Notes: generated from the sequence alone by a model not told the origin. A stretch of DNA of 64,000 nt from Candidatus Woesearchaeota archaeon (GCA_038874655.1 JAVZBY010000004.1:18645-82644); one strand, 5' to 3'. Positions 20,624 through 30,797 are shown, numbered from the stretch's first letter. Translations and numbers: made by a program.

Positions 20624-21859
20624 ATGAATTTTAAATGCTCTTATTGTGGTCAATCTAGAATACAACATTTAAGAAGTTGTCCAAAAGTCTATTCTATAAT
20701 AAATCAAATTCAATTTAACAAAAAAGCAAAACAAGAATATTTTGGAAAATCACCTAATGTGTTTATTGGACATAATAATTACCCTAATGTAAATATAGGT
20801 TTTTTCTCAAATGAAGAAATTCCTGAAAACTCAGACAAACCAAATGAATGGGCTGAAAAAAATTTTAATATTCCTAATGTAATAGAAATCAGAAGCAATT
20901 TAATAAATTCAAAGTTTAAAGCAAATGTAAAACTCAATGAATTAACAAAAAACAAAGCAATTGCAAAAACATTTGATCAAAAATTTTTAGAAATAACCCA
21001 AGAAATTTCAATCTCTGAAAAACCTGTTGATGTTGAAGTTTCTTTAGAAAAAAAACCTTCTTTCAATATATTTTATGAACAAGAAATAACACCTTTTGGA
21101 CCAAGTGTGAATTTAAAAAAAGCAAACATTACTGAAAATCCTCATATAAAAAAACCTGTTGAGAAAGTTGTAAATGACACTGATTTAAAAGCTAATGAAG
21201 CAATAAACTATTTATACAAAAAAGGATATGATAATTATTTTTTAACAAAAGTATTTTCATTAGGAAATATTGGTTTAAAAGAAAACAGAAAAATTGTTCC
21301 AACAAAATGGAGCATAACTGCTATTGATGATTCAATTGGAAAAAGCATTATTAATGAAATAAGAGATTATAATTATTATGATTATGTTTCTCACTTTGGT
21401 TATTATCTAGGGAATTATTATCTAATTTTATTTTTTCCTGAACCTTGGGCTTATGAATTATTTGAAACATATATAGGAGATTTAAATAATCCTATTCCTG
21501 AACAAACTATGAGTGATTATGAATTGTATAATGGAAGAAAAGATTACGCTGAAAACACAGTTGGCGGATATTATGCTGCACGGCTTTCTATTTTAGAATA
21601 CCTAAAAGAAAAAAAAAGACAAGCCTCTGTTTTAGTTTTCAGATTTATCTCTGATGAATATTATCTTCCTTTAGGTGTTTGGGTTGTTAGGGAAGCAGTA
21701 AAAAAAGCATTAAAAAACAATCCACTAAAATTTAGCTCAAAAGAATTAATGCTAAAATATGCTGAAATTTTTCTGAAAAAGAAATTCAATTATGACAAAT
21801 TAAACAACAGCATACTTTTAAGAGAAATAAAAGAGCAAAAAAGATTATTTGATTATTAA
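20624..21859 (+). CDS. nreA: Nre family DNA repair protein
   Basis: SPNVFIGHNNYP; VPTKWSITAID; GGYYAARL; PLGVWVVRE; C-terminal PIP box QKRLFDY. Confidence 0.92.
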   Translation: MNFKCSYCGQSRIQHLRSCPKVYSIINQIQFNKKAKQEYFGKSPNVFIGHNNYPNVNIGFFSNEEIPENSDKPNEWAEKNFNIPNVIEIRSNLINSKFKANVKLNELTKNKAIAKTFDQKFLEITQEISISEKPVDVEVSLEKKPSFNIFYEQEITPFGPSVNLKKANITENPHIKKPVEKVVNDTDLKANEAINYLYKKGYDNYFLTKVFSLGNIGLKENRKIVPTKWSITAIDDSIGKSIINEIRDYNYYDYVSHFGYYLGNYYLILFFPEPWAYELFETYIGDLNNPIPEQTMSDYELYNGRKDYAENTVGGYYAARLSILEYLKEKKRQASVLVFRFISDEYYLPLGVWVVREAVKKALKNNPLKFSSKELMLKYAEIFLKKKFNYDKLNNSILLREIKEQKRLFDY

Positions 21860-21871
21860 TTAAAAATATTA

Positions 21872-22186
21872 TTATTTCCCACTTCTCCATACTTTTTTAC
21901 ACTTTTTACATTTATAAAACCTAGTAGGGGGTTCATCTGCTCTTCTCATTTGAACCATCCAAAAATAAACACCTTCATTTCCGCAATTCCAGCACTTAAT
22001 TGGCAAAACATCATCTCCAATATGCTCATTTTCCTCATCAATAATTTCAATCTCTTTGTGTTCTATTTTTTCTTTTATAACTATTTTCTCATCATTATCA
22101 TCAATTTTTTTTTTGTAGCCACAGCTACAAATAAAATAACCCTTTTTCGGGATTAAAATAGACTGACAATTAGGGCAAAATTGCAT
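21872..22186 (-). CDS. tfs: Transcription factor S (TFS)
   Basis: Two Zn ribbons; QMRRADEPPTRFYKC with the catalytic DE. Confidence 0.92.
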   Translation of the reverse strand: MQFCPNCQSILIPKKGYFICSCGYKKKIDDNDEKIVIKEKIEHKEIEIIDEENEHIGDDVLPIKCWNCGNEGVYFWMVQMRRADEPPTRFYKCKKCKKVWRSGK

Positions 22187-22211
22187 AGAAATTTAAAATT
22201 AATATAATTAT

Positions 22212-23003
22212 TTAATTTTTTAGTTTATTTTCAACTAACTTTATTTCAATATCCCCAAACTGAACCTCTTGTAATAAATCAATTTTTCTTTGAAAATCCA
22301 AATGCAATAAAGGAATAAAAGTAAATACTTTTTCCTCTTTTGTATTATCTGGTAATAAATGCTCAAATTTTAATTTTGCCTCTTTATTATTTTTTTTGAA
22401 AAAAGAAATGATCTTATTATATACATCTTTTATAACTAAGCTAATATCTCTCGGTTTTTCAGGAGCTTTTACTTCAGGCTGATTCACAATTTTAGCAGGT
22501 CTTCTTTGATAAACTTCTAAAGCCTTTTCTAATGCCTTAACTAAATCAAAAACACTTACTTTTCTTTTTCTTGGCTGAGGTGTTCTTGGATACAATGTTG
22601 GTTTTTCACTTAATTCATTAAAATTATAACTACTTATATCAATAGCACCATTCTCATAATTAACCAATTCTTCAAAAGGAACCTCATCATTAGAATTTGC
22701 ACTTGCTATTAAAGCATCTAACGCACTAATATCCTCTTCTAAAAACCTATATGACTTAACTCTTAGCATTATTGCTGCAGCCAATAAAACTTTTCCAGAA
22801 ATCTTTAAATCCATTTCTTTTAATTTTTTTAATCTCTCTAAAAACTTATTTGCCAATAAAGAAACATCAATATCCCAAGGATCCATTTTCTCAGAACTTA
22901 CTAAATCATAAATCATAGATTGCCATGTAATCTCATCATTATTAAAAAGAATATTAAAAATCTGCTCATTTGATTTTAACTCTGGATTAATGGCTTCTAA
23001 CAT
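22212..23003 (-). CDS. scpA: Segregation/condensation protein ScpA (kleisin)
   Basis: MDPWDIDV; FIPLLHL; Q..FGDI. Confidence 0.9.
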   Translation of the reverse strand: MLEAINPELKSNEQIFNILFNNDEITWQSMIYDLVSSEKMDPWDIDVSLLANKFLERLKKLKEMDLKISGKVLLAAAIMLRVKSYRFLEEDISALDALIASANSNDEVPFEELVNYENGAIDISSYNFNELSEKPTLYPRTPQPRKRKVSVFDLVKALEKALEVYQRRPAKIVNQPEVKAPEKPRDISLVIKDVYNKIISFFKKNNKEAKLKFEHLLPDNTKEEKVFTFIPLLHLDFQRKIDLLQEVQFGDIEIKLVENKLKN

Positions 23004-23125
23004 TTTTTTTTAATTTTTATGAATACTTAAATAATTAACTCAAATAACACTACAATGATATTATAAATTTGTATACTAGTATATAAATTTTGCGAAAAAT
23101 ATTTAAATAAAAAAATATTAAAATT

Positions 23126-24703
23126 ATGTTAATGGCAAATTATTTTAAAAAATTTGTATCTTTTAAGATTAAAAGCAGAAATGTAAATTTATATTTTTCC
23201 ATTCCAAAAAATAGTTCTGAATTTAATGAAGACTTACTAAATAAAGAATTTGAATTTTTTAAATCCATTTTATTAAAACAGCATCCTTTTTTTCAAGATA
23301 ATAAATTTAAAAATAATTTTGACTTAGCAACTTTGCCTAGAGATAATGAAGCTGAAGAAGAAGAAAGACTATTAGCAAAGGATATTTTGCAACTAAAATT
23401 AAATTTTAAATATGTAAAAAATATAAATGAAATTAAAGCACCTTCAATAAAATATTTTGAAGAAAAAACTATCATGCTTTTAGCACCTTTAATTGGACAA
23501 ATATTAAAGAGTGATAATAATGTTATTCCTGATGGAGAAGGGGATTTCACAGTAAAAGTTAAAATTGGTAAAGCTATGGATTTAGGTGAAGAAAATTTAG
23601 CTATTGTTTATGAAACGCTCTCTGATTTAGAAACCTTATATCTAGGCTTTCATTATCAATTAATTGCAAGATATCTAGTTTTTCCCTATTATCTTAGTGG
23701 TGAAAAAACATTTTTTAGTGCCTTTCCTATAAAATGTATAATACATGAGATTCAACATTATAAACAAATGACTTTTACTAATTGGGAAAGAAAAGTAAAA
23801 AATGCCATAGAAGAAAAATTTACTACTCCTTCTAAATTAAGTCCAAATTCATTATTATTATTTTGGGCCTTATGTGAATTATACAAAGAAGCTGAAGCAT
23901 ATTTCATGGATTCAAAAAAAAATCAAAGAAGAAAAATAGACATGAATTGGATCTATAATTTCAGAAAAAATTTATTCACTATGGTCTCTCTTCCCAAAAA
24001 TGAAAAAGAATTATGGGAATTTTATAACAAATATATCGATGAAAACACCTCTTTATATGTTAATGCTCTATTAATGATGGCTACAATCTCTTTTGCTGAA
24101 GCAAAAAAAGATGGTCATCCTGAACAAATAATCTTATATAAAGATGTCAATCCAGAAATAAAAAAATTAGTTAATGAAATTGAAGTTATGATAAATGTTC
24201 TTTTAAATAATAATAGTGAGAATCTAAATCTTTTAAAAAATAAGATAATTGAATTATACAAATTACTAAAACCTTACCTTCCTTATCTAATCGCTAACAA
24301 ATTAAGAGAAAATATAAATAATCTCTATAATAATAATTTAACAATAATAAAAAAAGGATGCTTAATTATTAAAAATGAAGTTTTACCTTTTTATGATAGA
24401 TTTGATTTGTCTAAATTAAATGAGATCATGACAAAAGAAAAAATATTTTATTATGGCCAAGTTCCTGAAATTTATGTTAATAGAAGTTTTAATTTTGTAA
24501 AAAATTATGTTACATCTACTGGTAAATTATCTCCTGCAACACATTTCGGTTTTATAAAGAAATATGAAGATGCATGCAACATTTTAAGAATAGACAGAAA
24601 CAATAGAGTAATTGATTTATTTTTTTATAAAGAATTAAAAAAATTGACTCTCGAAAAAGATAAAAAAATGTCAGAACAAAAAGAGGCATATTTATTAGGA
24701 TAA
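23126..24703 (+). CDS. Hypothetical protein with zincin HExxH motif
   Basis: IIHEIQH followed by a downstream ELYKEAEA possible third ligand. Confidence 0.6.
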   Translation: MLMANYFKKFVSFKIKSRNVNLYFSIPKNSSEFNEDLLNKEFEFFKSILLKQHPFFQDNKFKNNFDLATLPRDNEAEEEERLLAKDILQLKLNFKYVKNINEIKAPSIKYFEEKTIMLLAPLIGQILKSDNNVIPDGEGDFTVKVKIGKAMDLGEENLAIVYETLSDLETLYLGFHYQLIARYLVFPYYLSGEKTFFSAFPIKCIIHEIQHYKQMTFTNWERKVKNAIEEKFTTPSKLSPNSLLLFWALCELYKEAEAYFMDSKKNQRRKIDMNWIYNFRKNLFTMVSLPKNEKELWEFYNKYIDENTSLYVNALLMMATISFAEAKKDGHPEQIILYKDVNPEIKKLVNEIEVMINVLLNNNSENLNLLKNKIIELYKLLKPYLPYLIANKLRENINNLYNNNLTIIKKGCLIIKNEVLPFYDRFDLSKLNEIMTKEKIFYYGQVPEIYVNRSFNFVKNYVTSTGKLSPATHFGFIKKYEDACNILRIDRNNRVIDLFFYKELKKLTLEKDKKMSEQKEAYLLG

Positions 24704-24736
24704 TAATAAAATACAAAAATTATAAAATTCTTTAAT

Positions 24737-26113
24737 TTAATTTTTTAGTTCATCTTCAAATATCTTATATAATCTCTTCTTGAATTTCAAAGGTATTGTT
24801 CTAGAATCATGAATTCCGTAATATTTCTTTTTTAATTCCTCTGCTCTTGGTTCTACACTTTTTAATAATTCTCTTTTAAATTTATCTATTAGTTCTCCTT
24901 TAAAACCATTCTTATAAGCCAAGTAAAATGCATATAATTGCTCTTCTGAACCACAACCTGAAGCATCATAACCGACAGAACAACCTTCTTTTTTTTCAAC
25001 ACCAAAACAAGAAAATAAATGCTCGTTTTCTTTAACTAACATGTCAGTCCTAAACCCAATACTTTTCGGATCTAGATTATTAGCTAACATAAAAATATAA
25101 ATTCTAGCACACTTAGAGCAATGCTCACACCAATAATGCTTTTTTCCATATTCATTTTCATCTGGAAAACAAGACATTTGATATTTACCAATTTCTTTAT
25201 ATCTCTTGTGAAGAATTTTCATAATAGCTAACTCATACAAAGGTTCAATAAAACTTGACACATTCATTCCTGTTAATAAAAAAGCCATATTATCCATTTC
25301 TTTTACCCAAAAACTTGTTTGATCATATACAGGATAACTTAAATATCCATCTTTATTAATATAAGTATCATCGCAACTTTTTTCATCACCAAATAAAATA
25401 TATTTTGCTTTTTCATAATAAGCTATGGGCATTATATCAAAGAAAAGTTCTGTCATTAAATGACCATATCCTAACTCTGTTCTAGGTAATTTCCAAAACC
25501 TATAATCATGAATTACACCTGTACTATTTTCAAAAGTATAAACCTTGACATTAAATTCTTTGGAAAATTTTTTAATTAATTCCTTTTTATATTCATTTTC
25601 TAATTTAACTGCATTATCTAACATAAAAACAGGAATTGGCTCTAAACCTAATTCTTTTGCTAGTGCAAATGTCAATAAACTATCTTTACCAAAAGACATA
25701 TTTACTATTACTTTTTCTTTCAGATCAATCTTTTCTTTTGGATACTTTATTTCATAATTAGCAAAAGAAACCTTCAAATTCAAAAAATTTTTAATTTGTA
25801 ATTCTGTTGAAACATTATCTACATCAGCACAAAAACTTAAATTGTTTAAATGTGCATTAAATATTTGTTGTTTAAATAAAGGATAAGAAGTTTTAAATTC
25901 AATCTCTTTTAAATTTGAATTAGAAAATTTCCAATTTTGACTTAACATCTGTGGTAAGTGCAAAACTTTTAGATATGCATAATTATCAATAAAAATATCT
26001 TTGAGATATTCTGGATAATTATCCCATATATCTTTAGAATAAACTAAAAAAAAATCTTTTTCATCTATTGTTAATTTTAAACCATTATCTGTTTTTTTAC
26101 AATCAACTTTCAT
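24737..26113 (-). CDS. MurL-like PP-loop ATPase (paralog 1)
   Basis: SFGKDS PP-loop; GDEKS; SFIEPLYEL; YQMSC; WCEHCSKC; motif order matches MurL (GGKDS, SNERS, SLLRPLSEL, SSC, WCxxCPKC). Confidence 0.7.
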   Translation of the reverse strand: MKVDCKKTDNGLKLTIDEKDFFLVYSKDIWDNYPEYLKDIFIDNYAYLKVLHLPQMLSQNWKFSNSNLKEIEFKTSYPLFKQQIFNAHLNNLSFCADVDNVSTELQIKNFLNLKVSFANYEIKYPKEKIDLKEKVIVNMSFGKDSLLTFALAKELGLEPIPVFMLDNAVKLENEYKKELIKKFSKEFNVKVYTFENSTGVIHDYRFWKLPRTELGYGHLMTELFFDIMPIAYYEKAKYILFGDEKSCDDTYINKDGYLSYPVYDQTSFWVKEMDNMAFLLTGMNVSSFIEPLYELAIMKILHKRYKEIGKYQMSCFPDENEYGKKHYWCEHCSKCARIYIFMLANNLDPKSIGFRTDMLVKENEHLFSCFGVEKKEGCSVGYDASGCGSEEQLYAFYLAYKNGFKGELIDKFKRELLKSVEPRAEELKKKYYGIHDSRTIPLKFKKRLYKIFEDELKN

Positions 26114-26175
26114 TTTCACAACACTCTATACATTGCTTATCTTTATCATTATTTTTATTTCTTAAATTCTAATTA

Positions 26176-27258
26176 CTACCTTCTCAACAAATTATCATTT
26201 CTTAACTCAGCACTTAATTCTTTTAATAATCCATATCTTTTCATTGCTTCATATAGAATGCTTAAAATAATATCATCATAACTCATTCCTGCTGTAAAAC
26301 ATGCTTTTGGAAATCTTGAATTTTCCAAAGGATCTGGCATCAATCCAGGCAATGCATTAATCTCTAAAACATTCGGAATTCCATTTTTATCCAATCTTAT
26401 ATCTAATCTTGCTAAATCCACACATCCTAAAACTTTAAATGTTTTCAAAGAAACAGCTTTTATCATTCTTTCTAATTCTTTTGAAATTTGTGCTGGACAA
26501 ACTACAGGATCAACTGGATTATTTGGATTATCCCAAATCCATTTAACCTCATAAGAATCAAACTTATTAACATGTTCTGGTAAATAATCAAAAGTCACTT
26601 CTACAATTGGCATTACTTTTGGAGGATTATTTCCCAATATTGCTACTGTAAATTCTCTACCCTCTAAATATTCTTCAACTAAAGCTTCTTGATGATAATT
26701 ATTTATAACAAATCTTAATTGTCTTCTTAATTCCTCTTCGTTCTTTACTAATGAATCATTTCTTATTCCTTTTGATGAACCTTCTGCATTTGGTTTTACA
26801 AAAAGAGGAAAATTTAACTCTGGATTTAATTTTTGATTCCAATTACTAAAAATCTGAAATTTTGGTGTTGGAACTCCATAATATTGTAAAATTTCCTTTG
26901 TTCTTCTTTTGTCCAAAGTTAAAGCTTGAGTAAAAACACCACTTCCAGTATAAGGTATTCCGAGCATATCTAAAATAGCAGGAACTTGACTTTCTCGAGA
27001 ACCTCCATTTAAACCTTCAGCTATATTAAAAACAAAATCATAATTACCATATTTAATTTTTTCAAAAAAATCTTCATTTGCCTCAACAATTTCAGCAATA
27101 AAACCCTTTTTTTCTAATGCATTTTTAATTGCAGTTGGAACTGCCAAATTATCATACTCAGCATAATAATCTTCTGGCATATTTGCAGGTGGCTCTTTTT
27201 TTAAATTAAAAGCAACTGCAATTCTTGGTATAGGGTTTTTAAAAACAAACTTTTTCAT
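26176..27258 (-). CDS. ATP-grasp ligase, D-Ala-D-Ala ligase-like family
   Basis: FNIAEG; IPYTGS; FVKPNAEGSSKGI; VEEYLEGREFTV; ARLDIR; LEINALPGL; GGAGGT SD. Confidence 0.9.
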   Translation of the reverse strand: MKKFVFKNPIPRIAVAFNLKKEPPANMPEDYYAEYDNLAVPTAIKNALEKKGFIAEIVEANEDFFEKIKYGNYDFVFNIAEGLNGGSRESQVPAILDMLGIPYTGSGVFTQALTLDKRRTKEILQYYGVPTPKFQIFSNWNQKLNPELNFPLFVKPNAEGSSKGIRNDSLVKNEEELRRQLRFVINNYHQEALVEEYLEGREFTVAILGNNPPKVMPIVEVTFDYLPEHVNKFDSYEVKWIWDNPNNPVDPVVCPAQISKELERMIKAVSLKTFKVLGCVDLARLDIRLDKNGIPNVLEINALPGLMPDPLENSRFPKACFTAGMSYDDIILSILYEAMKRYGLLKELSAELRNDNLLRR

Positions 27259-27813
27259 TTATATAGACCTCCATTTTTATTTTTTAAAAATACTTATCCT
27301 CTATTTTAGTATTATTTATAATAGCATTAATTATTAAAAAAAATCTTTTAAAATGAGAATAAAAAACAAAAAATAAAATCAAAATAATTGTAAAAAGAAA
27401 AAAAATCTCTAACAAAATAGGATTAAACCCTTTATTAAGGATACTCAATCTATCTCTAAAAAACTGATTAACAAAAAATTGACTATAAAAAAGATTTAAA
27501 TTTAATAAAATTAGAAAATTATAAAATAGACTTGAATTTAAAAATCTAGAATTTAAACTAAACTTTATCAAACCTTTTTTAAAAGAATCAATCCTGAAAG
27601 ACAAACTCAATTGCCTATTTATCATTTAGCTTTTATCACTTCCTTTTTTATTTTTATATTTTGAGTTTATCTTTGAAATTTTCACAATAGTTATATTTCA
27701 AAAAATTATTTTTAACAAAAAAATAAAAGAAAAAGTGGTATATAAATTTATTCATTTTTTTTATCACTTAGCAAAAAAAATTATTTCTTTCATTAATCTA
27801 AAATTGTAAAAAT

Positions 27814-28014
27814 TTAATACTTATCCTCATCATCTTCATAATCTTCGTAATCTTCGTCATCATAGTCTTCATCATCATAGTCTTCATCATTATAGTCTTC
27901 ATCATCATAGTCTTCATCATAATCTTCATCGCTATACTCTTCGTCATCATATTCTTCGTCATCATATTCTTCAACAAAATCTTCATCTTCATAATCTTCT
28001 TCGTGTCTAGCCAT
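27814..28014 (-). CDS. 66-aa Asp/Glu/Tyr-repeat peptide (candidate precursor or substrate)
   Basis: GGAGG SD 5 nt before ATG 28014; MARHEEDYEDEDFVEEY(DDEEY)2SDEDYDEDY(xDEDY)4EDYEDDEDKY; synonymous variation between repeat units. Confidence 0.8.
   Translation of the reverse strand: MARHEEDYEDEDFVEEYDDEEYDDEEYSDEDYDEDYDDEDYNDEDYDDEDYDDEDYEDYEDDEDKY
27850..27975. repeat. Imperfect 15-bp tandem repeat (coding strand GATGAAGACTATGAT-like) encoding xDEDY/DDEEY units
   Basis: Repeated tcatcatagtcttca units on the + strand. Confidence 0.85.
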
Positions 28015-28256
28015 TTTAACCTCCATCCACACAAATAACTGAAATTTTAGTAAAATCAAATCTATTTAAATCTTATTTTTTTTTAGAAACTAAAAAAAAT
28101 TTAAAACAAAATTTATAATTTGCAAAAAATAATTTACAAATAATTAAAAAAATAGAAACTTATTTAAAGAGAACCTTTAATAAATAATATTAAAAATATA
28201 TTTTAAAAAATAGTAAAAAAATTAAGAATAAAAATTATAATTAAAAAAATTAAAAA

Positions 28257-29654
28257 ATGGATGAGCTTTCTATAAAATACAGCATATCAAAAAAAGGATT
28301 TAATGTAAGAATAAATAATAAAACCTATTCAATAAAATATCCGCAAATAATTTGGGAAACTTTCCCAAAAAAAATTAAAAAAATAACAATTGAAAATTTT
28401 GTTTTTTTAACTACATTTACATTACCAATGCTCTTAAATAAAAGAAAAGCATTTTTTCACATGAATTCTCCTTTATTAGGAAGTTTTTTTGTTAAACCAA
28501 TTTTATATTATATCCCTGCATGTGCTGATGAATATAACAGAGATAGCTTTACATTACTAAAAAGGTTTATAAACTCCACTTATGATTTTAAATCTTATAA
28601 CCCAACTTTTTTTGATTATAATCCTAAAGTTAATTACAGAAGTGTTCATTTATTCACATTTGGAAAAGATAGCTTGCTTTCTTATTGCTTAGCAGAAGAA
28701 TTGAAATTAAATCCTATTTTATTATATGTCGAAGAGCCTGACACAGCATATAAAGATAAAAATGGAAAAATAAAAAAAACATATGAAAACAAGCACAAAG
28801 ACATATTAATAAAAAAATTTAGTGAAGAATTTAAAAAACCTATTTATAAGATAAAACATCAATTAAGCTTAACAAGAGAAGCTCCTCACTTAGGTGTTGA
28901 TGAACCTGAATTACCTTATGGCTCTCAATTAACTGAATATGCTCTATTAACTATTCCCTTTAACCATTACTTTAAAGCAAAATACATGGTATATGGGAAT
29001 GAAGCAAGCTGTTCAAGTACTTATGTAAATAAAGAAGGCTTTATAACAAACCCTGTTTATGATCAATCCGGTGAATGGGTAGTTGAAATTTCTAAGGTTT
29101 TGAAAGTATTGACAAAAAAAATGTCAGCAATTTCTTTAATAGAACCAATCCATGAATTATTAATCACAAAAATTTTACACACTAGATATCCAAAGCATGC
29201 TAAATATCAGATGTCTTGTATGGCAGCAAACAATTATGCAAAATATTCAAGATGGTGTCATAATTGTTCAAAATGCGCTAGAATGTATGTTTTTTTAAAA
29301 GCATTTAATATTGATGTTAAATCCGTAGGTTTTAAAGAAGATATGTTCAAAAAAGAAAAAATGCATTTTTACACTTTATTTGGTAAACCTGAAGAAAATG
29401 CATTACCTTATGATTTAGCAGGAGTTGGCAGAGATGAAATGTTATTAGCTTTTTATTTATCTTACAAAAATGGTTCAAAAGGTTATTTGATTAAAGAATT
29501 TGAAAGAAAATTTTTAAAAGAAGCTGAACAAAGAAAAAATGAACTTTATAAAGAATTTTTCAGCATTCATGAATCTTTAACAATACCAAAAAGAATGCAC
29601 AAAAAAATAATTAACATATTTAAAGAAGAAATAGAAAAACTAAATTTACCATAA
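28257..29654 (+). CDS. MurL-like PP-loop ATPase (paralog 2)
   Basis: TFGKDS; GNEASC; NPVYDQS; SLIEPIHEL; YQMSC; RWCHNCSKC; PYDLAGVGRDE; collinear with paralog 1. Confidence 0.7.
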   Translation: MDELSIKYSISKKGFNVRINNKTYSIKYPQIIWETFPKKIKKITIENFVFLTTFTLPMLLNKRKAFFHMNSPLLGSFFVKPILYYIPACADEYNRDSFTLLKRFINSTYDFKSYNPTFFDYNPKVNYRSVHLFTFGKDSLLSYCLAEELKLNPILLYVEEPDTAYKDKNGKIKKTYENKHKDILIKKFSEEFKKPIYKIKHQLSLTREAPHLGVDEPELPYGSQLTEYALLTIPFNHYFKAKYMVYGNEASCSSTYVNKEGFITNPVYDQSGEWVVEISKVLKVLTKKMSAISLIEPIHELLITKILHTRYPKHAKYQMSCMAANNYAKYSRWCHNCSKCARMYVFLKAFNIDVKSVGFKEDMFKKEKMHFYTLFGKPEENALPYDLAGVGRDEMLLAFYLSYKNGSKGYLIKEFERKFLKEAEQRKNELYKEFFSIHESLTIPKRMHKKIINIFKEEIEKLNLP

Positions 29655-29747
29655 TAATCTAAAAATCAACTAAAAAAACTTGAAAAAGCATAATTACTTA
29701 AAAATTACACAAAAAGAGATATAAAGAACTACCTTTTTTTTATATTA

Positions 29748-30761
29748 ATGAAATTAATCAAAGTAAAAGGGACTAATTATCAAATTGGTTATAAATTAGG
29801 CCACATATTTTCCTCTGCAATAAAATATAGAATAAAAAAATTTAAAATAACTAAAAGATTAATTGATTCTAAAAAAGATTATTTAGAAAAAACTTTAAAA
29901 CTCTGTGAAATATACCCTAATTACTTACTTGAATTAAAAGGAATTTCTGATGGCTCTAATACAAATATTTATGAAATTTTAATGCTTAATTTACTAGGAT
30001 TACTTGATATAAAAAGATGTAGCACAATAGCATATAAAGGAAAAAATAGTTTTATTGCTCATAATGAAGATGGGGACACTTTTGAAAGAAAAAAAGATTT
30101 TGCATTAATAAAATATGAAAAAATAATTAATGAAATAGAATACAAAAATAAAAATAATAAAAAAAACAAAAAATTTTATTTTTACTCATACTTTTATCCT
30201 GGTGAACTTTTAGGAGCAACATTTTCATGGAATTCTTATGGTTTAATAATAACTGTTAATTCAATAAGGTCTAGATTAAGCAATATTCCAAAACTGCCAA
30301 GAGTTTTTGTAGCAAGAGCACTATTAGAAGCAAAAACAATAAATCAAGCAATTAAAATAATAAAAAATTCAAAAAGCTCTGGTGGCTTGCATTATCTTAT
30401 AATGAAAAAAACAAATAAAAAATCAAACAATGTAAAAGAAATAGTTTCAATAGAAAGATATCAGAATTCTACTAGTATTGAAAAAATAAATAACATTTAT
30501 ATTCATACTAATCACTATATTCACAAAAAATTTCTAAATAAAACAAAGCCACATAAAAATTCTGTAATAAGATATGAAAGATTAAAAGAATTAATAGAAC
30601 TGCATAGAGATAAAATAATAAATGCAGATAAAGAAATTCTTTTAAAAATTATGAGAGATAGAAAAACAAAGCCAAACTCAATATACAACAAAAAAAATGA
30701 TACCAATCAAACTCTTGCTACTTTTATAGCTTTGAAAAATAAAAAATATGTATTTTTATAA
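29748..30761 (+). CDS. C45 family Ntn-hydrolase/acyltransferase
   Basis: G..YQIGYKLG; ELKGISDG; R-CST nucleophile; AHNED; HTNHY; SVIRYERL. Confidence 0.88.
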   Translation: MKLIKVKGTNYQIGYKLGHIFSSAIKYRIKKFKITKRLIDSKKDYLEKTLKLCEIYPNYLLELKGISDGSNTNIYEILMLNLLGLLDIKRCSTIAYKGKNSFIAHNEDGDTFERKKDFALIKYEKIINEIEYKNKNNKKNKKFYFYSYFYPGELLGATFSWNSYGLIITVNSIRSRLSNIPKLPRVFVARALLEAKTINQAIKIIKNSKSSGGLHYLIMKKTNKKSNNVKEIVSIERYQNSTSIEKINNIYIHTNHYIHKKFLNKTKPHKNSVIRYERLKELIELHRDKIINADKEILLKIMRDRKTKPNSIYNKKNDTNQTLATFIALKNKKYVFL

Positions 30762-30797
30762 AATAAATCAAAAATAAAAAAATAAAAAAAATTTTTA

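Noticed and set aside
24737-26113. QueC (7-cyano-7-deazaguanine synthase) annotation for the PP-loop/CxxCxxC proteins
   Set aside because: About twice the length of QueC, with FGKDS rather than SGGLDS, extra motifs that follow MurL, and no queD/queE/folE nearby.
27284-27625. 113-aa F/L/I/N-rich ORF between the peptide and the ATP-grasp gene
   Set aside because: Composition is what T-rich non-coding DNA yields and the SD is weak. It cannot be excluded as a small membrane protein, but it is not supported enough to list.
27798-28034. Met/Lys/Thr-rich alternative frame over the acidic peptide
   Set aside because: Frame-shifted reading of the same 15-bp repeat; the GGAGG SD and synonymous variation support the D/E/Y frame.
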